From contig CAWDGJ010000003.1 of the NCBI GenBank assembly GCA_963801815.1, positions 96,001 to 160,000 of the forward strand: a stretch of DNA of 64,000 bases, read 5' to 3'. Positions 28,409 to 38,065 of the stretch are shown one piece after another. The position numbers and the translations under genes are program-made. The notes beneath the pieces were generated by a model that had not been told where the DNA came from, ran no database searches, and saw only the letters and a list, made by a program, of their open reading frames with translations. This stretch comes from an uncultured Verrucomicrobiae bacterium (GTDB lineage Bacteria > Verrucomicrobiota > Verrucomicrobiia > Chthoniobacterales > UBA10450). How positions within the stretch are numbered: the first letter of the stretch is position 1; every line of letters starts with the position of its first letter.

Positions 28409-29285
28409 ATGGAAATCCCATACACAATATCCACTCGGCCGGACACGGGTCTGTGGAATGCCAAGGTCGGCATCTGGCTGTTTCTGGCCTCCGAAGTGAT
28501 GCTGTTTGGCGGACTTTTCTCCGCCTACGTTTTCCTGCGGCTCGACGCTCAACCCGGCGAATGGCCCCACGGTCTGCTCAACGTGCCTATCGGCACGATG
28601 AACACCGCGATTCTGATCTCTGTCGTCGGTCACGGTGGTTCTGGCCTGGGCTGCACTGAAGATGCGGCGTTACAATGCCTATTGGTGGTACATGCTCGCC
28701 ACCATTTTGTGCGGTATCATCTTTCTCTTCGTAAAACTTTACTTCGAGTGGCCGCAGAAATTTTCGCACTACGGTGTTTTCCTTAAACCCGAGGCCCGCG
28801 AAAAGTACGAGCAATATCTTGGGAACCATCGCCGGGAAGAGAAAGGATTAGAACCGCGCATCGAGATTACCGGACATTTAGAGAATCATGAAGCGCTCAC
28901 CGATCCCAACGTCAAAGAGTACGAAATCGCAATGGACCCGGGGAACGCGGACCCGGACAATCCGGCAACGGATCGCCCCCATTTCATTCCGCTGCCAGCC
29001 ACCGACAAAGTTGCGAAAATCGCCAAGGAAGATGTAGAGAGAATTAGTTCTTTCGGTCCGTGGCACAGCGCGTATTTCGCCAGCTATTTTACCATTACCG
29101 GGCTTCACGGAGCGCACGTGCTAGGAGGCGTTCTCGTTTTCCTTTATATGTGGCTGCCGGTCAGCAAGAAAGTTTATCAACGCAATCCCGAACATCTGGC
29201 CAACCGCGTCGAGGTCTCAGGACTTTTCTGGCACTTTGTCGATCTTGTTTGGATTTTTGTGTTTCCGCTTTTTTATCTGCTCTAA
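28409..29285 (+). CDS. ctaE: Cytochrome c oxidase subunit III with a soluble insertion; +1 frameshift near 28621
   Basis: GIWLFLASEVMLFGGLF, NTAILI(SSSVT) after repair, YFTITGLHGAHV and FWHFVDLVW. Confidence 0.9.
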
Positions 29286-29288
29286 GTC

Positions 29289-29675
29289 ATGAATAACCCG
29301 CCCGAAATTGCGCAAGATCCAGCCGAACATGAGGAATACGCGCACGGCGTGCATCAGCATGTCTCGCGTTACTTAATGGTCGGTGGACTGCTGCTTTTTT
29401 TCACCCTTCTCACCGTAGCGTTATCCTACGTCGATTTCGGCGGCTTCTTTTCCTGGCTTTTCCACATGCACATTTCGCCGGAAGGGGGCCGCAAGTTGAA
29501 TATTACGGTCGCGATTATCGTTGCGGCCATCAAAGCGAGCTTGGTCGCGCTGATTTTTATGCACCTCGCTGCGGAGAAACGACTGATCTATCGGGTTCTG
29601 ATTTTTACAGGCTTTTTTGTTCTCGGACTTTTCTGGCTGACTTATCTCGCGTGGTACGATCCAATCTCCCGTTAA
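29289..29675 (+). CDS. ctaF: Cytochrome c oxidase subunit IV family
   Basis: LLFFTLLTV..AAIKASLVALIFMHL; three TM helices; operon position. Confidence 0.85.
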   Translation: MNNPPEIAQDPAEHEEYAHGVHQHVSRYLMVGGLLLFFTLLTVALSYVDFGGFFSWLFHMHISPEGGRKLNITVAIIVAAIKASLVALIFMHLAAEKRLIYRVLIFTGFFVLGLFWLTYLAWYDPISR

Positions 29676-29676
29676 A

Positions 29677-29886
29677 ATGTCGCTCAAAGCGTTCCATATC
29701 GTTTTCGTGATTTTCTCAACGTTGCTGGCGCTGGGTGTCGGTGCCTGGTGTGTTTGGGTTAATCTTGTTGAAGGCGCGCCGGTGTATCTTGCCGGCGCGA
29801 TTGCTTCGTTTGCCTGCGCGCTCGCTCTGGTTATCTACGGCGTCTGGTTCTATCGAAAAATGAAACGGCTCCGCATTATGACATGA
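29677..29886 (+). CDS. Small two-TM protein of the cox operon
   Basis: MSLKAFHIVF..; 1-bp gap upstream and ATGA overlap downstream. Confidence 0.75.
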   Translation: MSLKAFHIVFVIFSTLLALGVGAWCVWVNLVEGAPVYLAGAIASFACALALVIYGVWFYRKMKRLRIMT

Positions 29887-30137
29887 GGAAGTTTTTTTCG
29901 GTCTTAATACTGTCGATCGCGCTGGCCGCGCAAAACGTGAGTGCGTGTCCATTCTGTTACGGAGCCAAAGACGGGAAGTCCACCGAACACATGGCCGTCG
30001 CAATTTGGTTTTTGTTCGGTGCGGTGATGTCCGTTCTCGGCGGAATCGGCGCGTTCAGTTACAACATTTGGCGACACGCCCGAATGCCTACGCCGCCTCA
30101 CGAGCGATTAATTGAAGATTTGGACAAGGATGAATAG
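29883..30137 (+). CDS. Small exported, membrane-anchored protein with a CxxC motif
   Basis: Signal peptide, ACPFCYG, one TM; overlaps both neighbours. Confidence 0.72.
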   Translation: MRKFFSVLILSIALAAQNVSACPFCYGAKDGKSTEHMAVAIWFLFGAVMSVLGGIGAFSYNIWRHARMPTPPHERLIEDLDKDE

Positions 30138-31002
30138 TCTCGCGCTGATCAATGAATTTCTCGGACAGCCGCCGAACGCTTCGGAGCACGGTTACCAGAT
30201 CGATCACATCCTTGAATTCGCGCATTGGTTCATGGGCGCGCTGTTCGTCGGATGGTCGCTATTCTTCATTTTTGTCCTGATTCGCTTTCACCGGAGCCGG
30301 CATCCGAAAGCCGATCATGCCGGGGTCAAGAGCGGCATCTCCACGCATTTGGAATTTTCCTGCGTTCTAATCGAAGCGGTCTTACTGATTGGATTTGCAA
30401 TTCCCCTTTGGGCGAAGCGCGTGAACGAATTTCCGCCTACTGGTGATGCGGTTGTGGTTCACGTTGTTGGCCAACAATTCAACTGGACCTTTCACATGCC
30501 AGGGCCGGATGGGCAGTTTGGGCAGCGTAGTATCGATCTGGTCACGAATTCGAATCCGCTCGGCATCGATCCAAACGATCCGGCCGGCAAAGACGACATT
30601 GTCGTACTGGGCGAGTTACACGTTCCGGTGAATCGCCCCGTCATTATCGAATTATCATCCAAGGACGTGATCCACAATTTCGACCTGCCGCATATGCGAA
30701 TTGCGGCTGATGCGATTCCAGGTTCGCTCATTCCGATGTGGTTCAAGCCAATTAAAACCGGCACTTACGAAGTTGTTTGTGGTCAGCTTTGCGGTCTCGG
30801 GCATTATGGAATGAAAGGGACCTTGGTAGTGGATTCGCCGGCCGACTATCAAGCGTGGCTGAAGGAACGCGCGGAATTGGGCGGAACCCAAAGTGCGCCG
30901 CCTGCGACCCAACCATCGCCGGGCGCACCGAAAGCAGAAAGTCCGGCAACGAAGCCTGAACAGAAACCGGCTCGGCCCGCATCTAGCCCGAGCGGCCGAT
31001 AG
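30130..31002 (+). CDS. ctaC: Cytochrome c oxidase subunit II (CuA; no fused cytochrome c)
   Basis: Two TM helices, SKDVIHNF and CGQLCGLGHYGM; no CxxCH. Confidence 0.92.
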   Translation: MNSLALINEFLGQPPNASEHGYQIDHILEFAHWFMGALFVGWSLFFIFVLIRFHRSRHPKADHAGVKSGISTHLEFSCVLIEAVLLIGFAIPLWAKRVNEFPPTGDAVVVHVVGQQFNWTFHMPGPDGQFGQRSIDLVTNSNPLGIDPNDPAGKDDIVVLGELHVPVNRPVIIELSSKDVIHNFDLPHMRIAADAIPGSLIPMWFKPIKTGTYEVVCGQLCGLGHYGMKGTLVVDSPADYQAWLKERAELGGTQSAPPATQPSPGAPKAESPATKPEQKPARPASSPSGR

Positions 31003-31045
31003 TATTTTCTTCTGTAGTGGCGCTCTAATCGGGCCAATCCGAATC

Positions 31046-32080
31046 GTGGAGTCGACAAGAAATCCGGCAGGTAGAGGCCGCCGCTACGACTCCTGGCTTA
31101 ATCGCTTCGCCTGGTTCACCGCTTTCGCAACGTTGTTGCTAATTTGCAGCGGTGGAATGGTCACCAGCAAAGGCGTCGGCCTCGCTGTCCCCGATTGGCC
31201 AACGACGTTCGGGTATAACATGTTCCTGTTTCCGGTCTCGAAGTGGATCGGAGGAGTTCTGTTCGAGCATACCCATCGCCTTATCGCGTCGACGGTCGGG
31301 TTTCTCACGTTGATTCTCGCGATTTGGCTTTGGTGCACCGAACATCGGCAAACCGTCAAGACACTTGGCCTGCTCGCAGTCGCCGGTGTAATTTTGCAGG
31401 GCATTCTCGGCGGTCTGCGCGTGACGATGTTGAAAGATCAAATTGGGATCTTTCACGCCTGTCTTGCCCAGGCGTTTCTCGGTCTGCTCGTCCTGATTGC
31501 CATCACTAGGACGACTTTCTGGCGAACGTTGCCACAAAACTTGACTGGTTTAAGCAGTCAAGTTTTCGAGCGCCTCTCACCAATCAAAACCATCGCGATT
31601 GCAACAACCGTCGCGATTTACCTGCAGCTCGCGCTGGGCGCGACGATGCGACATGAACACAAGGACCTGGCGATCTTAGATTTCCCGACCGCGAACGGCG
31701 CATGGATCCCGGACACAAGCGCGCAAGCGTTGGCGAAGATCAACGCCTGGCGCGATGCGCGCGCTTTGTCAGATGTCGACGCGTTTCAAATTTGGCTGCA
31801 AATGGTGCATCGATTCACAGCTGTCTTGATCGGCATCGCAGTGATTACATTTTGCGCGCGTGTCCTGCGGGACGCCAACGCGATTGTTGCACTTCGCCGA
31901 TTGTCGATCTTATGGGTGGTTTTGTTCTTCGTGCAGTTCACGCTCGGCGCCTGGACGATTTGGAGTAACAAGGCGGCTGACGTCGCGACAACTCATGTCG
32001 CAGTCGGCGCGATCATGTTATCGTTTGGAGTCAGCGCTTGGGCCATTTGTGCGCGCGCGCTCCAGACGATGAACTCATGA
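31046..32080 (+). CDS. ctaA: Heme A synthase (COX15/CtaA)
   Basis: GGMVTS..GLAVPDWP, FEHTHR, QGILGGLRV, FHA, MVHR and THV. Start is approximate. Confidence 0.88.
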   Translation: MESTRNPAGRGRRYDSWLNRFAWFTAFATLLLICSGGMVTSKGVGLAVPDWPTTFGYNMFLFPVSKWIGGVLFEHTHRLIASTVGFLTLILAIWLWCTEHRQTVKTLGLLAVAGVILQGILGGLRVTMLKDQIGIFHACLAQAFLGLLVLIAITRTTFWRTLPQNLTGLSSQVFERLSPIKTIAIATTVAIYLQLALGATMRHEHKDLAILDFPTANGAWIPDTSAQALAKINAWRDARALSDVDAFQIWLQMVHRFTAVLIGIAVITFCARVLRDANAIVALRRLSILWVVLFFVQFTLGAWTIWSNKAADVATTHVAVGAIMLSFGVSAWAICARALQTMNS

Positions 32081-32982
32081 AGGCCGTGACGATCGATGCA
32101 AGCTCGAACGAGACGGAAAAGCCGCCCTCCGGATTCGTTCGCGATTTGATTGAGCTGGTGAAGGCGCGATTGACGCTGCTCGTTTTACTGACGACCGCTG
32201 TTGGCTTTTATCTCGGCGTCGAGGGTCCGATGAATTTCACGGCCCTCCTGCACACGGTTCTTGGAACGGCCGCAGCCGCAGCGGGCGCGGCCGCGCTCAA
32301 TCAATGGTGGGAACACAAACTCGACGCCATGATGCAGCGGACTCAATTCAGACCCGTCCCTGCCGGGAGAATGCGGCCGATCGAAGCACTGGTGATCGGC
32401 GGCACGTTGTCGATTTTCGGTGTGACATATCTCGCGCTCGTTTGCAACGCGCTCAGCGCGGCGCTCGCCGCGATCACGATCATTGTTTACATCTTTGCTT
32501 ACACGCCGCTGAAGACGGTGAGCACGTTTAACACAGCGCTTGGTGCTGTTCCGGGCGCGTTGCCGCCGATGATCGGCTGGGCGGCGGCACGCGGGACCTT
32601 GAACGCCGGGGCATGGATGCTTTTCGCGATTCTGTTTTTCTGGCAGTTGCCCCACTTTTTCGCAATCGCATGGATGTATCGCGACGACTATGCGCGGGCT
32701 GGCTTCCAGATGGTCTCAACCGACGATCGCACGGGTGAACGCAGCGCCAGTCAAAGTGTCTTTTTTTGCATGCTTTTATTGATTATTGCTGGACTACCAG
32801 CCTATCTCGGCATCGCTACTGTCTTTTACCTTTTGGCCGAACTGCTTCTCGGCGGCGTATTTGTCGGTATGGCAATGCGGTTTTTGAAAACGCGCGCGAG
32901 AGCAGACGCGCGGCGATTGTTTATCACATCGATTGTCTATCTGCCGCTGTTGCTCGGCGCGCTTGTATTGTCCAAAGCATGA
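32077..32982 (+). CDS. ctaB: Protoheme IX farnesyltransferase (heme O synthase)
   Basis: LVKAR, D..MQRT..RP.P.G, YTPLK, GALPP and FWQLPHF. Confidence 0.93.
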   Translation: MKAVTIDASSNETEKPPSGFVRDLIELVKARLTLLVLLTTAVGFYLGVEGPMNFTALLHTVLGTAAAAAGAAALNQWWEHKLDAMMQRTQFRPVPAGRMRPIEALVIGGTLSIFGVTYLALVCNALSAALAAITIIVYIFAYTPLKTVSTFNTALGAVPGALPPMIGWAAARGTLNAGAWMLFAILFFWQLPHFFAIAWMYRDDYARAGFQMVSTDDRTGERSASQSVFFCMLLLIIAGLPAYLGIATVFYLLAELLLGGVFVGMAMRFLKTRARADARRLFITSIVYLPLLLGALVLSKA

Positions 32983-33629
32983 ACGGGACGGCGATCCTGG
33001 ATCGGCAAGTGTCGAAAGGAGCGATGCTTTGGAAAGCGATGTTGATCGCGATTCCGATTGTGACGCTGGCGGTGTTACTGTGGTTACGCCAACTGGAAGT
33101 GAACGCGCTGCGCCAACGAACGGTTTCATCGTATGGGAGCGTTCCCGAATTTCAGTTGGTGAATCAGGACGGAAGAAATTTCGGCTCCACCGATCTGCGC
33201 GGCAAGATCTGGATCGCGGATTTCATTTACACGACCTGTCCGGGCCCTTGCCCAATGATCAGTAGCCGGATGAGCGAGTTGCAAAAGCCGTTGGAGAAAA
33301 CTGACGTGCATCTTGTTTCGTTCACGGTCGATCCGATCAAGGACACCCCGGAAGTTCTGCGAACTTATGCGGAAAGGTTACAAGCAGAACCTGGTCGCTG
33401 GGATTTTCTGACCGGTTCGCAATCGACGATTTACAATCTGTCGCGTAATGGATTCAAACTTGCGGTGTCCGATGGCAGCGATGCGCAGGGAATCCCGGTG
33501 CACAGCACCCGAATGATCCTCGTGGATCGACATGGCGAGATCCGCGGTTTTTACGATGCTTCCGAAGCCGATGCGGTGACAAAACTCGTTGCCGACACGA
33601 CGCACCTGCTGCGCGAACAGCCTAATTAG
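32979..33629 (+). CDS. SCO1/SenC copper chaperone
   Basis: FIYTTCPGPCP (CxxxC), VDP..DTPE and HS..MILVD. Confidence 0.92.
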   Translation: MNGTAILDRQVSKGAMLWKAMLIAIPIVTLAVLLWLRQLEVNALRQRTVSSYGSVPEFQLVNQDGRNFGSTDLRGKIWIADFIYTTCPGPCPMISSRMSELQKPLEKTDVHLVSFTVDPIKDTPEVLRTYAERLQAEPGRWDFLTGSQSTIYNLSRNGFKLAVSDGSDAQGIPVHSTRMILVDRHGEIRGFYDASEADAVTKLVADTTHLLREQPN

Positions 33630-33631
33630 TA

Positions 33632-34525
33632 TCAACCGACTGGCTGCGGTCCGACGGTCTGCTCTTCTTTGCAAACCATGCGCAAATAGTCGCGATATTC
33701 CCCGTTAGGCAATTTATCGAGCGTCTTCTCAAGCTGAGACTGGGTGATGAATTTCATCCGCAGCGCGATCTCTTCGAGACACGCGACTTTTAATCCCTGT
33801 CGATGTTCGATGGTGGCGATGTAATTGCCGGCTTCGAGTAAACTGGTTTGCGTGCCGGTATCGAGCCAGGCCATGCCGCGGCTGAGCAATTTCACATGCA
33901 GTTCGTTTTTCTTAAGATAGAGCAAGTTTAAATCAGTGATCTCCAGCTCGCCACGCGCCGAAGGTTTTAGCGTTTTGCAAAGATCGACAACCTGCGAGTC
34001 ATAAACGTAAAGCCCTGGAACGGCGAAATGGGTTTTGGGCTTCTTCGGTTTCTCCTCAAGGCTGATGGCGTGCCCGTCCGGGTCGAACTCGACAACGCCA
34101 TAACGCTCCGGATCCCGGACCTGGTAGGCGAAGATGCACGCGCCGTTCTTGATGGCGAGAGCTTGGCGGAAGAAATCGAGTTTTCCGTAGAAGATGTTGT
34201 CGCCGAGGATCAGGCACGCGCCTGAACCGTCAATGAATTTCGCGCCGATTAAGAATGCCTCCGCGATTCCGTTCGGTTCTGATTGCTCGGCGTAATCAAT
34301 CTTGATGCCAAGCTGTGATCCGTCCCCAAGATAGTCGCGCAGCATCGGACAATCTTTCGGCGTGGAGATGATCAGGATATCGCGCAGGCCGCCCAGCATG
34401 AGAGTCGCCAGCGGATAACAAATCATCGGCTTGTCGTATACCGGCAGCAGTTGCTTGCAGACGATCTTGGTGAGCGGAAAAAGCCGGCTACCGGCGCCGC
34501 CTGCGAGGATGATGGCCTTTGTCAT
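33632..34525 (-). CDS. rfbA: Glucose-1-phosphate thymidylyltransferase
   Basis: ILAGGAGSRL.P.T, KQLLPVYDKPMI, LGDNIFYG, EEKP, RGELEITD and WLDTGT. Confidence 0.95.
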   Translation of the reverse strand: MTKAIILAGGAGSRLFPLTKIVCKQLLPVYDKPMICYPLATLMLGGLRDILIISTPKDCPMLRDYLGDGSQLGIKIDYAEQSEPNGIAEAFLIGAKFIDGSGACLILGDNIFYGKLDFFRQALAIKNGACIFAYQVRDPERYGVVEFDPDGHAISLEEKPKKPKTHFAVPGLYVYDSQVVDLCKTLKPSARGELEITDLNLLYLKKNELHVKLLSRGMAWLDTGTQTSLLEAGNYIATIEHRQGLKVACLEEIALRMKFITQSQLEKTLDKLPNGEYRDYLRMVCKEEQTVGPQPVG

Positions 34526-34610
34526 TGCGGATCTCGGATTGTGGATTGCGGAAAGAACTTCGATCTCGGAATTGTGGGTCTATCCGCAATCCACATTCCG
34601 CACTCCGCAA
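34525..34610. repeat. Imperfect inverted repeat built from 7-bp units (TTGCGGA/TCCGCAA)
   Basis: Arm 34525-34552 matches the reverse complement of 34583-34610 at 24/28 positions. Confidence 0.85.
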
Positions 34611-34611
34611 T

Positions 34612-34929
34612 CTAAGAGAACCGGACATCTTTGCCGGGATCCATCTCGAAATCCAGATTGAGCGAATCGGCCGTGTTCGGCTTGATGATTTCCTCCATGA
34701 ATTTCACGAAAATAGGGTCTTCCCGGAAGATGGCGAACTTGTCCATCGATTCGAAATCGATCGCGATGAAGAACGGCCATTGCAATTCCGGGTCGACACG
34801 TTTGCCGCATTTGATATTGAGGACTTCCGGGATTTTCAAGAGTTGCATTCGCGTGTTCATCATCATCTCCTCGACGCGAGCGGGAGTGACCTCAGGCTTG
34901 AGCTTGTAAAGGACGATGTGGTGAATCAT
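34612..34929 (-). CDS. Dabb (stress-responsive A/B barrel) family protein
   Basis: MIHHIVLYKLK, IPEV and C-terminal LDFE. Confidence 0.8.
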   Translation of the reverse strand: MIHHIVLYKLKPEVTPARVEEMMMNTRMQLLKIPEVLNIKCGKRVDPELQWPFFIAIDFESMDKFAIFREDPIFVKFMEEIIKPNTADSLNLDFEMDPGKDVRFS

Positions 34930-35074
34930 TGAAGCTTAAGCTATTAGGCGCTACCCGCAGACCGCGCAAGGGGAAATGGTCATGCGGGATGCCGCCGATT
35001 TAAACTGTAATAAGCTAAGAATATCGATGGACGCTTTAGGCTCAAGTAACGCAAGAATAATGGCGATGGAAGGG

Positions 35075-36289
35075 ATGCCAAAGAGGAGTGATTTCTGGGT
35101 TGGGGCCGGGCTCTCGATTGTGACGGTGGTGATTTTCTTTGTTTCCACCCAGGCCACCCAGCGACACTTCGATTACACGGCGCGCATTGCTTCGGCGTTT
35201 TTGGAGAGGCATATCGGGCTCACAAAACCGCCGCCTTCGTGGCTGAACGAAATGATCCCAGTCAACGGCGACTACTACTCGGTTTTTCCGTTGGGCGCAG
35301 TCATAAGCATGCTGCCGGTCGCAATCCTACAGAAGGCAAACCTGATTCACGATTTTCCTGGCCGTGCCTTGGCGGCAATGATCGCGGGGCTTTCAGTTTG
35401 GTTCTTCTTTCGCTTGTCGGCCCTTGGGCCGGCATCCATTCCGAGACGCATTCTGCTTTCGCTCGCACTGATTTTTGGGACGTGGACCTGGTGCAATCTT
35501 GGATTCGGAGGTTCTTGGCAGATCGCACTCGGACTGGCCCTTCTGGGAGAGGTCGCGACGTTGTATTTTGTTCTCGTCGATTTTCGTCCACTCGCAGCCG
35601 GAGCGTTTTATGCCCTGGCGATTGGAAATCGAACGGAGTTAGCTCTTTGCTTTCCTATTTTCATTTATTTTTTGGGCCGACAAATGGCTCCCGACGTGAT
35701 CAGCTGGAAAATATTCGCCGAACAGGCCCGAAAGAACGTGCGCCCGTTCGCGCATTTTTTGATTGTTCCGACTCTGCTTGGTGTTTTGACGGCGGCATAT
35801 AACTACGCCCGGTTTCGATCGATTTTCGATTTCGGCTATTCCCATATTCCGAACGTTTTGCAGGAACCGTGGTATCAGCATGGGTTGTTTTCGCTCCACG
35901 CGATTCCGTGGAACGCTTACAAAATGTTGGCCGAAGGGTTCGGCGATCTTCCCGATTTCCCTTTCATTCATCCATACGCGTTTGGTTGTTCCATTTTTCT
36001 GGCGAGCCCTTTCTTGTTTCTGCTGTTTCGCGAAGGCGGATCCCATAAAGTCGCGGCCTGGATCGCGATTGGGTTGTTGACGACAGCCTTGTGGATGCAT
36101 GGCAATCCGGGCGGGTGGCAGTTTTCCTATCGTTACGCGATGGTGATGTTGCCCTGGATGTTCCTGTTGTTGCTCGGCAACGGTCCGCGGAAAGTTTCGG
36201 TGATTGAGTTATCGCTATTTGTCGTGTCGATAGCCATCAATGCGGTCGCAATGTATCAATTTCTCTGGACGAACCAGATTCATCCCTAA
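35075..36289 (+). CDS. Polytopic membrane protein, probable GT-C-fold glycosyltransferase
   Basis: About ten TM helices; loop A..FL....L..YYSVFP, YNYARF and GWQFSYRY. Start uncertain. Confidence 0.6.
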   Translation: MPKRSDFWVGAGLSIVTVVIFFVSTQATQRHFDYTARIASAFLERHIGLTKPPPSWLNEMIPVNGDYYSVFPLGAVISMLPVAILQKANLIHDFPGRALAAMIAGLSVWFFFRLSALGPASIPRRILLSLALIFGTWTWCNLGFGGSWQIALGLALLGEVATLYFVLVDFRPLAAGAFYALAIGNRTELALCFPIFIYFLGRQMAPDVISWKIFAEQARKNVRPFAHFLIVPTLLGVLTAAYNYARFRSIFDFGYSHIPNVLQEPWYQHGLFSLHAIPWNAYKMLAEGFGDLPDFPFIHPYAFGCSIFLASPFLFLLFREGGSHKVAAWIAIGLLTTALWMHGNPGGWQFSYRYAMVMLPWMFLLLLGNGPRKVSVIELSLFVVSIAINAVAMYQFLWTNQIHP

Positions 36290-37656
36290 GGTTTGGCCCG
36301 GCCGATTGCGGTTTTCCACGCGTCTCGTGTCTGTTGCGGCACATTTTGATCCAAATCGACGAGCCAGGAAATGGTCGCCATGGAATTAAGCGTGGCCGAT
36401 AACAGCACCAGCAATGGAACTATGTAGCGAAGGCGGAGGACGATATCGCCAGCTTTCTTCAAGAAAACCGCGAAGCAGAAAATCAAAAATGGGTAGACCT
36501 CCGTGGCGTAACGTTGAGCCAGCGCGAAATGCGATTGAATGAGGATGAATTCGATGAAAAAAGCGGCCGCGATATAGCGTGTAAACCAGTCAGAACGGTT
36601 TCTCTGAAACAGGCAAACGATCCCCAGAATCGCACCCACGACCAGCCAGCTCGAAGACCAAACAACTGAAAGATAGGTTTCGCTAAACGGCAGGGAATAC
36701 AATGAGGGTCGGGCAACGGGTGGACGCTCGGCATGAACAAATGGCGGATAGGAATCAATCCGGGGAAAACGCAGGCTGAAGTAGTCAGCAAACCCGGACG
36801 GCACGCGGCTCAGACTGAAGATGCCGTAATTCTTGGCGAACTCGCCGTGAACCGGATTGATGTAATGCGCGTAACTAATCCCGGTCCAGTTGCCGAACCT
36901 CGCGTAGCTTAAGAGTAAATAGAAAATCAACGCCGCAGTAACGGGCAACAAGAGCGCGGCGATACAACTGGTGCGGCCTTTGGTCGGCAATCGAAAGATC
37001 AGGACCGGTGCAATCAAAAGGAACGGCAATCCAAAGGTTGCTCTCGAAAGCAAAGCGGCACCGGCTGAAAACGAAAATCCAAGCAAACACCATGTTAAAC
37101 CGCGGCCGGTTCTGTTTTGGGCTCGGTTCAAAAAAAGAATGGCACCGAGCGACCATGCGAATCCCCAGATAATTGCCTCGTCGTAAATGGAAAGATTTCC
37201 AAGCAAAAACAGAAGCGGAGAGCCGAGCGCAAATCCCGTTATGCATGCAATACCGACCCGGCGCCGCCAATCAGGTGCGAGGCTCGACGCCTTCAACGCA
37301 TCAGTTATCAGCATCGCGAACGAAGCCAGCGCAACCATGCCCGCGCACAGACCGGACAGGCGCGACCAGTTCCCGCGTTGTGCGGGCCAAAGGAAGTTCA
37401 GCGGAATCCGTAGGAAGGCAGGAAACGGCCCGAAGTACATTCGGGCTTTGCCTTTGACGATCATCGCCTCGTGACGAATCGCGTCGCCGTCAACATCAAC
37501 ATTTCCCCGCAGGAAATGTTCGGCCTGCGAATCGTAAGCCGCCCCTAAAACTTCGTTGACGAAGATTTGTCGGAAACCGGTCGTTGCGAACGCGGCCAGC
37601 AAAACGCCCAGGATGAGCGTTGAGACAAGGGGCCAGAGCAGGCGACTAGAACTCAA
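36286..37656 (-). CDS. Polytopic membrane protein, probable GT-C-fold glycosyltransferase
   Basis: AYDSQAEHFLRG, MYFGPFPA, SYARFG and QRY; TTG start 2 bp after the nuoA stop. Confidence 0.6.
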   Translation of the reverse strand: MSSSRLLWPLVSTLILGVLLAAFATTGFRQIFVNEVLGAAYDSQAEHFLRGNVDVDGDAIRHEAMIVKGKARMYFGPFPAFLRIPLNFLWPAQRGNWSRLSGLCAGMVALASFAMLITDALKASSLAPDWRRRVGIACITGFALGSPLLFLLGNLSIYDEAIIWGFAWSLGAILFLNRAQNRTGRGLTWCLLGFSFSAGAALLSRATFGLPFLLIAPVLIFRLPTKGRTSCIAALLLPVTAALIFYLLLSYARFGNWTGISYAHYINPVHGEFAKNYGIFSLSRVPSGFADYFSLRFPRIDSYPPFVHAERPPVARPSLYSLPFSETYLSVVWSSSWLVVGAILGIVCLFQRNRSDWFTRYIAAAFFIEFILIQSHFALAQRYATEVYPFLIFCFAVFLKKAGDIVLRLRYIVPLLVLLSATLNSMATISWLVDLDQNVPQQTRDAWKTAIGRAKP

Positions 37657-37658
37657 GC

Positions 37659-38034
37659 CTACTTCCGAAAATCGAGCGCGCCTTTTTTTAGCGCGTAGAC
37701 GTAACCCACCATCAGGATCGTGATGAAGCTCAACATGCTCCAGAAAATGGCGCTGCTGTGCGCGATCGATTCCTTATATACCACCGCCCACGGATACATA
37801 AACACGATCTCGAGGTCGAAGAGGATAAACAGCATCGCCACGAGATAAAACTTCACGCTAAAGCGCGGCTGGGCCTCTCCCTGCGGGATCATGCCGCACT
37901 CGTAGGCAGTATCCTTCGTCGGTGTTCTTCGCGTAGCGCTCTTTCCGAGCAGGACGGCTGACGAGCAACGCCGACACAGCGAAACCAATGGCCACGATGA
38001 TCTGCAGGAAAACCGGCAGATATTCTTGAAACAT
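37659..38034 (-). CDS. nuoA: NADH-quinone oxidoreductase subunit A; +1 frameshift near 37956
   Basis: MFQEYLPVFLQ.. joins ..KDTAYECGM..FSVKFYLVAMLFILFDLE..PWA..KKGALDF after removing one base; the span is 3n+1. Confidence 0.9.
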
Positions 38035-38065
38035 TAGCGGCTTCGGATGCTACGGCCGGACCCGG

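Noticed and set aside
11975..28625. Programmed ribosomal frameshifting in actC, ccoN, ctaD and ctaE
   Set aside because: No consistent slippery sequences; three shifts in one gene fit sequence error better.
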